Assembly (NCBI RefSeq): GCF_000023205.1
Contig: NC_012803.1
Coordinates: 1,740,001 to 1,772,000, forward strand
DNA: 32,000 bases
Source: Micrococcus luteus NCTC 2665
Lineage (GTDB): Bacteria; Actinomycetota; Actinomycetes; Actinomycetales; Micrococcaceae
Reading direction: 5' to 3'
A program made the translations under genes and the position numbers. Under the pieces are notes generated by a model, which did not search any database, had not been told where the DNA came from, and was given only the letters and a program-made list of their open reading frames with translations. Each line of letters opens with the position of its first letter. Positions within the stretch are counted from its first letter, which is position 1. Positions 24,656-31,228 of this stretch are shown here, in pieces.

Positions 24656-25485
24656 GCTTTCACGGCCGGCCACATGTTCTTCGGGGTGATGCCCATCAGG
24701 TTCGCCGCGTAATGGGTGCGGCAGCGCTGCCACGTCGCTCCGGGCAGGTTCGCCGCGATGGCGTCCTTGAGTCCGGTGTGGGCGTCAGAAGTGACCAACC
24801 GGACCCCGGCCAGGCCGCGGGCGACCAGGTCGGCGAAGAACTCGTTCCACGCCGCCCCGGTCTCCGAGGTGGCGACCCGCAGGCCCAGGACCTCGCGGTG
24901 GCCGTCAGCGTTGACCCCGGTGGCCAGCAGCACCACGGCGTTGACCACGCGCCCGCCCTCGCGGACCTTCATGCTCAGCGCATCGGCGGCCACGAACGTG
25001 AACGGGCCGGCCACCCCGAGCGGGCGGTGGCGGAAGGCCTCGACCTGCTCGTCGAGCTCGGTGGCCATCCGGGAGACTTGGGACTTGGACAGGGCGTTGA
25101 CGCCCAGAGTCTTGACCAGCTTGTCCATCCGTCGGGTCGAGACCCCGGCGAGGTAGCAGTCAGCGACCACGGTGATCAGCGCCGACTCCGCTCTCTTCCT
25201 GCGTTCAAGTAGCCAGTCCGGGAAGTACGTGCCCGATCTGAGCTTGGGGATGGCCACGTCCAGGGTGCCGACCCGGGTGTCCAGGTCCCGGTGGCGGTAC
25301 CCGTTCCGCTGAGCAGTGCGCGAGGAGCTGGGCTTGCCCCATTCGGCACCGACCACCGCGTCGGCATCCGCGGACAGCAAGGTGTTGATCATGGTCTGCA
25401 GCAGGTGGCGCATCATGTCCGGGGAGGCCTCGGACAGGGCTTCTCCGAGCAGGCCGGCAGGGTCGACAATATGAGGAGCGGTCAT
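24656..25485 (-). pseudogene. IS256 type B transposase, N-terminal fragment
   Basis: MTAPHIVDPAGLLGEALSEASPDMMRHLL...NMWPAVKA is about 95 percent identical by eye to the intact copy. It reads into ISL3 and stops at 24640. Confidence 0.9.
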
Positions 25486-25564
25486 CGTGATGACTCCATT
25501 CGAGGATTCTGTGAGAGGTTGACTCGAAGGATCACACGGTGGCCGCGTCCACGTCTGGAACGAC

Positions 25565-26188
25565 GTGCCCGACCACCGGGCGCTACACCACTATGCGGGA
25601 CTCAACTTACGCGTGAGCATTTACGGACAAAACCTCGCCCGACAAGAAGCGATAGCGGCAGGCGTAGACAAAGTGTTTCGAGAGCACGCCAGCGCAAAAG
25701 ACCGACAAAGACCACAACTCGCCGCACTCATCGACTACGCCCGAGACGGCGACACCGTGAAGGTGTGGAGCATCGACAGACTCGCACGCGACCTCGCAGA
25801 CCTCGAAGCAATCGTGAAGGAACTCAACGACGCGGGCGTGACCGTCCACTTCGAGAAAGAGGGCATCACCGCCAGTCCACACGAAACAGCCAACCCACTT
25901 GACCGCATGATGCTTCAGATCATGGGCATCTTCGCCCAGTTCGAGCGCGAACTTATCAATGAGCGCAGACGTGAAGGCGTCGCCGCAGCACGAGCAGCCG
26001 GCAAACTGACCCACCGCCCCCCAGCACTCACGCCCGAGCAAGCCGCCGAAGTAGTCGCCAGACACGCGCAGGGCGTCCCTGTGGCACGAATAGCCCGTGA
26101 GGCAGGCGTCAGCCGCAACACCGTCTACAAGGCGCTCAGAGAGGCAGATAGCGCCGTAGAGGGCACAGGGGCACCATCGGACGCCTGA
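25565..26188 (+). CDS. serine recombinase (resolvase/invertase family), native N-terminus replaced by IS256-end sequence
   Basis: Family homology starts at about 25607: LRVSIYGQNLARQ... (catalytic RVS), GDTVKVWSIDRLARDL, FAQFERELINERRREG and a C-terminal HTH VARIAREAGVSRNTVYKAL. The first 14 codons (GTG 25565) lie inside the IS terminal repeat. Confidence 0.75.
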   Translation: MPDHRALHHYAGLNLRVSIYGQNLARQEAIAAGVDKVFREHASAKDRQRPQLAALIDYARDGDTVKVWSIDRLARDLADLEAIVKELNDAGVTVHFEKEGITASPHETANPLDRMMLQIMGIFAQFERELINERRREGVAAARAAGKLTHRPPALTPEQAAEVVARHAQGVPVARIAREAGVSRNTVYKALREADSAVEGTGAPSDA

Positions 26189-26206
26189 ACGTATTCCAGC
26201 GCATCA

Positions 26207-27187
26207 TCAACTTCGACGGGCGCTCTTAAATATTAACGCGTCCAGTTGCGAGTCGTCAGGATGCCTGAAAACCTCTCTTTCGGCAAAAAACGCCGTCATA
26301 ACATTGAATTGGTTGGCAAGATGCGAAGTTCCCGCTAGTACGCGGTCAAATTCGCCATCCGCTGTCTTACTGAGGTCGCCCACCTGTCGATAAATTTCCT
26401 CCTCTGATCCATGGCAATTAAATCCATGCAGTCGACCCAAGTGCAGCGCCACGGATCGCGACAACGGGAACAATAACGCCTCCGCCCCTCGCAATGTAGT
26501 ATTGGCTTTCTCAATCGGCTCGTCGGGTGCGAACATCGAGAGGGGCGAGTCGGATGTTATTAGCTTTTTTCTTTCGAAGTAGAAGAAAGTCCATTCTCTA
26601 CCGATGAGGAATGGAACCTCAGCCTCAGCGCTAATAAAAGTATTTTGGAGATGTTGAAGCCTAAGGTCATTCTTGATGTCGAAATTTGGATCTTTTAGGT
26701 TCTCCCAAACGAGTTCAGCATTAAACTCGGGATAATTCGCTCCCATGTAGGACCGGACAAACTCCTCCAGTTCGTCCGGTCCGCTCATTCCCGCACTCTG
26801 CACGGTTACGGCGTCCAGAAATTTCTCGTGATTCGCTCGAACATTCGGACCACGATGGGCTTGGATTGAAATGAAGCGAGACAGGTGTTCCCGCTCCTCA
26901 AAATTCAGCTTGAAGTCCCGTTCTCTGATTTTTCTGATAATTGGGGCGGCGCTTGTCTCTATTGTGTTTAGTTGATGCTCAGCTTCGTCAGCCCTCTCAA
27001 ATATGGCAGGAGAAGTCAACGTATTGTAGTCATTCTCAAGTGCAATCTTGTCCAGACTCGCCAAGAAGCCTCTTCGCTTTGAGTCGAGAGGAACTACGTT
27101 AATGAATTTTTCATCCTTAGCAAACCCTCGCAAGTAGACCTTTGGGACATAGTGGTGCCTCTTCGAGATGTGCGCCGGTTTTGCCAT
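26207..27187 (-). CDS. DUF4238-like protein (function unknown), low-GC foreign gene
   Basis: 326 aa. The N-terminal KRHHYVPKVYLRGFA matches the HYVPxxYLxxF signature I associate with DUF4238. GGGAGAG lies 7 nt upstream of the ATG. One 60-nt line (26581-26640) that I counted is 27/60 G+C, against about 70 percent elsewhere. Confidence 0.7.
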   Translation of the reverse strand: MAKPAHISKRHHYVPKVYLRGFAKDEKFINVVPLDSKRRGFLASLDKIALENDYNTLTSPAIFERADEAEHQLNTIETSAAPIIRKIRERDFKLNFEEREHLSRFISIQAHRGPNVRANHEKFLDAVTVQSAGMSGPDELEEFVRSYMGANYPEFNAELVWENLKDPNFDIKNDLRLQHLQNTFISAEAEVPFLIGREWTFFYFERKKLITSDSPLSMFAPDEPIEKANTTLRGAEALLFPLSRSVALHLGRLHGFNCHGSEEEIYRQVGDLSKTADGEFDRVLAGTSHLANQFNVMTAFFAEREVFRHPDDSQLDALIFKSARRS

Positions 27188-27459
27188 AGGGCAACTCTCC
27201 CACGGGATCGCTCACCCAGCCCAGCCACGCGCCCTCAGTGCCCCGCATAGCGCCTCCCGCTCCCCCACTGGCACCTGTGGACCCCCAGTACGCGAGAGCG
27301 CGTCAGAGAGGCACACAGCCCCTCCCCAGAGACGACGAAGCCCCCACCAGCACCAGCCAGTGAGGGCACCCACCGTTACGGCACGACTGCCATAGGCGCG
27401 CCATAACTCCCCGTCATGCCATAGAGTTACGGCACCAAGAACCGCATGATTCCAACGAT

Positions 27460-28545
27460 TCACACGTTGAACCGGAACTCGACCACGTCGCCGTCCTTCA
27501 TCACGTAGTCCTTGCCCTCCATGCGCACCTTGCCGGCGGCCTTGGCGTCGGCCATGGACCCGGCAGCGATCAGATCATCGAAACTCACAATCTCAGCCTT
27601 GATGAAGCCGCGCTGGAAGTCGGTGTGGATCACGCCGGCGGCCTCGGGTGCGGTCGCGCCGACGGGGATGGTCCACGCGCGCGTCTCCTTCGGCCCCGCC
27701 GTCAGGTACGTCTGCAGGCCGAGGGTGGAGAAGCCCACGCGGGCCAGCTGGTCCAGCCCGGACTCGTCCTGCCCGGCCATCTCCAGCATCTCGGCGGCCT
27801 CCTCCTCGGAGAGCTCCACGAGGTCGGACTCGAGCTTGGCGTCCAGGAACACGGCGTCGGCGGGGGCCACCAGATCGCGCAGCTCCTGCTGCCTGGCCTC
27901 GTCCCCCAGCACACCCTCGTCCGAGTTGAACACGTAGATGAACGGCTTGGCGGTGAGCAGGCTCAGCTCGCGCAGCCGGTCCATGTCCAGCTTGTCCTTG
28001 TCCTTCACGGCGAAGATCGTCTCGCCCCGCTCCAGCACCGCGAGCGCGGCCTTGAGCGCCTCGAGGTCGGCGGGCTCCTTCTTCTTGCCCTTGACCTCCT
28101 TCTCGACGCGCGGGATCGCCTTCTCCACGGTCTGCATGTCCGCGATGATCAGCTCGGTGTTGATGGTCTCCATGTCCGAGGCCGGGTCCACCTTGCCGTC
28201 CACGTGGACGACGTCGCCGTCGTCGAACGCGCGCACCACCTGGGCAATCGCGTGGGCCTCACGGATGTTCGCCAGGAACTGATTGCCCAGGCCCTCCCCC
28301 TCGGAGGCGCCCTTCACGATGCCGGCGATGTCCACGAAGGACACCGTGGCCGGCAGGATGCGCTCGGAGCCGAAGATCTCGGCCAGCTGGGGCAGCCGCT
28401 CATCCGGCAGGTTCACCACGCCCACGTTCGGCTCGATCGTCGCGAATGGGTAGTTCGCCGCGAGCACGGTCTGGCGCGTCAGCGCGTTGAACAGGGTCGA
28501 CTTGCCCACGTTGGGCAGTCCCACGAATCCGATAGTCAAAGCCAC
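27460..28545 (-). CDS. ychF: redox-regulated/ribosome-binding ATPase YchF
   Basis: GTG start at the complement of 28543-28545: (M)[22 protein letters not shown]..., [21 protein letters not shown]-terminal [12 protein letters not shown]-like [14 protein letters not shown]. This gives 361 aa. The track ORF extension to 29349 runs through a repeat region and is not coding. Confidence 0.9.
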   Translation of the reverse strand: MALTIGFVGLPNVGKSTLFNALTRQTVLAANYPFATIEPNVGVVNLPDERLPQLAEIFGSERILPATVSFVDIAGIVKGASEGEGLGNQFLANIREAHAIAQVVRAFDDGDVVHVDGKVDPASDMETINTELIIADMQTVEKAIPRVEKEVKGKKKEPADLEALKAALAVLERGETIFAVKDKDKLDMDRLRELSLLTAKPFIYVFNSDEGVLGDEARQQELRDLVAPADAVFLDAKLESDLVELSEEEAAEMLEMAGQDESGLDQLARVGFSTLGLQTYLTAGPKETRAWTIPVGATAPEAAGVIHTDFQRGFIKAEIVSFDDLIAAGSMADAKAAGKVRMEGKDYVMKDGDVVEFRFNV

Positions 28546-28600
28546 AGTCCGGCAGTCTACCGGCGGGCCCACCGCGGCGGAGGCGTCCCGCACCGGCCCC

Positions 28601-28766
28601 GTTCCGTGGGCAGAACCGGCAGCCCCACCCGCTCCGTGGGCAGAAAGTGCGCTCTCCCCTGTTCCGGGGGCAGAACCGGCAGGGTTTTCGCTTGCAGGGG
28701 CAGAACCGGCAGGGTTTTCCCTTCCGGGGGCAGAAACCCTTGCTTTTCTGCCCACGGAACCCAGAG
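28601..28766. repeat. five tandem 30-nt units followed by one inverted copy
   Basis: The core (G/T)GGGCAGAA recurs at 28607, 28637, 28667, 28697 and 28727, an exact 30-nt period (preceding base G,G,G,A,G). Units 3 and 4 share GGGGCAGAACCGGCAGGGTTTTC. An inverted copy TTCTGCCCACGGAAC lies at 28746-28760. CCCACGGAACCCAGAG is repeated at 28751-28766 and 28814-28829. Confidence 0.85.
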
Positions 28767-28962
28767 GCCCGGCGGCCACGGGGCCCGGCAGCCCCAGCCC
28801 CCGCCCCCACGCGCCCACGGAACCCAGAGACCCGCACCGCCCAGCACGCATCCCCGCCCAGATGACCGATCTGTAGGGTGGGCGGGCCGCCCAGACCCCG
28901 ACGAGAGGACGCACACCTGTGTCTGCCGAACAGCGGACGACAGCCGAGACCGCAGGGCCACC

Positions 28963-29427
28963 GGGTCCCCCCTCGCCAAGTCCCGCGGCACCGTGCGCCT
29001 GCGCTCCAACGACTACCGGGACAAGCCGGCCGTGGACCCGCGCTACTTCACCGACCCGGAGGGCCATGACATGGCCGTCGCGGTCGCCGGCATCCGGCTG
29101 GCCCGGGAGATCGTCTCCCAGCCGGCCATGGCGGCGTGGGCGGGGCGCGAGCTGGCCCCGGGCGTGGAGGCGCAGACCGATGAGGAGATCGCCGACTACG
29201 TGCGCCGCACCCACAACACCGTGTACCACCCGGTGGGCTCGGTGCGCATGGGCGCCGACGACGACGCCATGAGCCCCCTGGACGCCCGCCTGCGCGTCAA
29301 GGGCGTGACGGGTCTGCGCGTGGCCGACGCCTCCGTGATGCCCGAGCACGTGACCGTGAACCCCAACATCACGTGCTTCATGATCGGTGAGAAGGCCGCG
29401 CAGCTGATCCTGGCCGACCGCGCCTGA
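28963..29427 (+). pseudogene. GMC-family oxidoreductase (choline-dehydrogenase-like), C-terminal fragment of about 150 aa only
   Basis: ...PLAKSRGTVRLRSNDYRDKPAVDPRYFTDPEGHDM...HNTVYHPVGSVRMG...LRVADASVMPEHVTVNPNITCFMIGEKAA aligns with the C-terminal substrate domain of BetA-type enzymes. There is no FAD-binding N-terminal part upstream, so the 5-prime boundary is approximate. Confidence 0.7.
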
Positions 29428-29440
29428 CCACCACGCAGAT

Positions 29441-29469
29441 GCGGCGGGCCCCCGGTGGGGGCCCGCCGC
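29441..29469. terminator. strong GC hairpin between convergent GMC relic and hsp20
   Basis: GCGGCGGGCCCCC ggt GGGGGCCCGCCGC has a perfect 13-bp stem. On the plus strand it is followed by ATTCGCGTTCG. Confidence 0.55.
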
Positions 29470-29537
29470 ATTCGCGTTCGGGGGACGGGCCGCGGGCCGG
29501 TCACACCGGCCGCGTGCGCGGCTCCGTCAGAGGGCGA

Positions 29538-30029
29538 TCACTCGCCGGAGGCCTCGGCGGCGGAGCCCTCCACGGCCTCCACGGTCTGCCCGGCCACGGG
29601 GGCGGTGCCGCCGTGGGTGACGGAGATCTTGCGGGGCTTGGCCTGCTCCGCCACCGGGATGGTGAGGGTCAGGACGCCGTCGCTGTAGTCGGCCTGGATG
29701 CGGTCGAGGGCGAGACCCTCGCCCAGGGTGAGCTGGCGGGCGAAGGTGCCGGCGGAACGCTCACGGGTGAGCCAGCGTCGGTCCTCGCGGGCCGGGTCCT
29801 CCTTGCGCTCGGCGCGGACGGTGAGCGTGCGCTCCTCCACGTCCACGTCGATAGAGGCCGGGTCGACGCCGGGCAGCTCGACCTCGGCGACGAAGGCGTC
29901 GCCCTCGCGGTACAGGTTCATGGGCATGGACGCGGTGCCGGTCGCGCGGGTCGTCAGACCGTTCACCAGACGCTCCATCTCACGGAAGGGACGCTCCATC
30001 TCACGGAACGGATCGATGGGACGGGTCAT
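29538..30029 (-). CDS. Hsp20/alpha-crystallin small heat-shock protein
   Basis: LYREGDAFVAEVELPGVDPASIDVDVEERTLTVRAER...ADYSDGVLTLTIPV is the alpha-crystallin domain. The N-terminus contains the duplicated heptapeptide PFREMER. Confidence 0.88.
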   Translation of the reverse strand: MTRPIDPFREMERPFREMERLVNGLTTRATGTASMPMNLYREGDAFVAEVELPGVDPASIDVDVEERTLTVRAERKEDPAREDRRWLTRERSAGTFARQLTLGEGLALDRIQADYSDGVLTLTIPVAEQAKPRKISVTHGGTAPVAGQTVEAVEGSAAEASGE

Positions 30030-30090
30030 GTCGGTTCACTCTCCTCGGGAGTCGGGTCGGCGCCGCTGACACCGCGGCGTCTGATCACCA

Positions 30091-30117
30091 CAACAGCACG
30101 CCCGGCGAACCTATTCC
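30091..30117 (-). promoter_or_regulatory. candidate ECF (SigH/SigE-type) promoter upstream of hsp20
   Basis: The minus strand reads GGAATA, then 17 nt, then GTTG (complement of 30112-30117 and 30091-30094). This fits the GGAA(T/C)-N16-19-GTT pattern reported for actinobacterial heat/oxidative-stress ECF sigma factors. Pattern match only. Confidence 0.3.
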
Positions 30118-30256
30118 AGAAATCTTCGTGAACTCCGCTCAACTTTCTGAGGGACGGCCCGCACGCGACGGCGCGGCCCCACCCATGACATTCGTCATGG
30201 CGCATTCCTGACGTCTGCCGCTCCCGCGGGGCGCGCCCCGCGGCGAGGCTGGAGCC

Positions 30257-31228
30257 ATGAGCAACGCACCCGCACTCGCAACCCGGGGACTCACCCGCCG
30301 CTTCGGACCGGTCCGGGCCGTGGACGGCGTGGACCTCACCGTCCCTGCCGGCGAAGTCCTCGCCCTCCTCGGGCCCAACGGCGCCGGCAAGACCACGCTG
30401 CTGGACATGGCCCTGGGCTTCAGCCCGCCCTCGGACGGCACGGTCCGCGTCCTCGGCTCCGAGCCTGTCGCCGCGATCCGCCAGGGCCGGGTGGGCGCGG
30501 TGCTGCAGACGGGCGGCCTGCTGGAGGACCTGAGCGTCCGCGAGACCGTGGCCATGGTGGCCGGCTGCCACCGCCGCCACATCGGCGTGCCCGCCGCCCT
30601 CGAGCGCGCCGGCCTCACCGGGCTGGCCGGGCGCCGGGTGAAGAAGTGCTCCGGAGGCGAGCGCCAGCGGCTGCGCTTCGCCCTGGCCCTGCTCACCGAC
30701 CCCGAGCTGCTGATCCTGGACGAGCCCACCGCGGGCATGGACGTCCGCGCCCGCCACGACTTCTGGGACACCATGCACGCCGAGGCGGACCGGGGCCGCA
30801 CCATCGTGTTCGCCACCCACTTCCTCCCCGAAGCCGAGGACTTCGCGGACCGGATCGTCCTGATGCGCGAGGGCCGGATCCACGCGGACGGCACGCCCGC
30901 CGAGCTCGCCACCGGCGGGTCCGTCACCCTCACGGGCCGCTGGGCCGGCGGCGGAGACGATCCGGACGCGCCCGCCCGCCTCGCCACCGCCCTGAGCCTG
31001 CCGCAGGACGCCGTCCAGCTCGAACCACAGCACCTCTCCCCCGGCCGCCTGCGCGTGCGCGTCCCCGCCGGGGGCTCGGTCACCGGCGACGACGTCGCCC
31101 GCCACCTGCTGAACGAGCGCCTCGTCGAGGACCTGGCGATCACCCACGCCTCCCTCGACGACGTGTTCCTCTCCCTGACCGACGCCGGCCAGCCGGCACC
31201 CTCCGAGCCGCAGGAGTCCCTCGCATGA
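30257..31228 (+). CDS. ABC transporter ATP-binding protein (ABC-2/DrrA-like) with C-terminal extension
   Basis: GPNGAGKTT (Walker A), CSGGERQR (signature) and LLILDEPT (Walker B). Confidence 0.88.
   Translation: MSNAPALATRGLTRRFGPVRAVDGVDLTVPAGEVLALLGPNGAGKTTLLDMALGFSPPSDGTVRVLGSEPVAAIRQGRVGAVLQTGGLLEDLSVRETVAMVAGCHRRHIGVPAALERAGLTGLAGRRVKKCSGGERQRLRFALALLTDPELLILDEPTAGMDVRARHDFWDTMHAEADRGRTIVFATHFLPEAEDFADRIVLMREGRIHADGTPAELATGGSVTLTGRWAGGGDDPDAPARLATALSLPQDAVQLEPQHLSPGRLRVRVPAGGSVTGDDVARHLLNERLVEDLAITHASLDDVFLSLTDAGQPAPSEPQESLA

Larger units (their letters stand above)
22692..25609 (-). mobile_element. IS256-family type B copy, interrupted by an ISL3 element
   Basis: Left end GGTCAAGCCCCTCGTGATGGTGTAGCGG (22692...). 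Right end ...GCGCTACACCACTATGCGGGACTCAACTT (about 25580-25609, diverged at the tip). The transposase is split into 24656-25485 (N-terminal) and 22738-23169 (C-terminal). Confidence 0.8.

Noticed and set aside
16000-27460. tRNA gene or long direct repeats marking integrase-type island borders
   Set aside because: I found no tRNA-like sequence (no GGTTCGAATCC-type T-arm) and no tyrosine integrase. The borders are defined instead by IS ends and a truncated resolvase, so this is an IS-built mosaic and not a classical integrative island.
27212-27463. 83-aa Trp-rich ORF (minus strand) and 75-aa ORF (plus strand, 27168-27395) in the ychF/DUF4238 spacer
   Set aside because: No ribosome-binding site or family resemblance. 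The sequences are odd and low-complexity, and the first overlaps the ychF stop. I treat them as non-coding spacer unless expression data say otherwise.
28601-28766. Possible CRISPR array (regularly spaced repeats)
   Set aside because: The period is only 30 nt in total. The conserved core is about 10-22 nt, and the rest of each unit is partly conserved too, so there are no unique spacers. There are only five units and no cas genes in the window. It is better described as a degenerate tandem repeat.
27625-28962. Upstream 446 codons of the 600-aa plus-strand ORF ending at 29427
   Set aside because: This part is antisense to ychF and then runs through the repeat array. Only the last about 150 codons resemble a GMC oxidoreductase.
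28546-29349. N-terminal 268-aa extension of the ychF ORF (629 aa in the track)
   Set aside because: The extension translates the tandem repeats and the antisense of the GMC relic. YchF homology, including the G1 motif at residues 8-15, starts at the GTG at 28545, giving the canonical length of about 361 aa.
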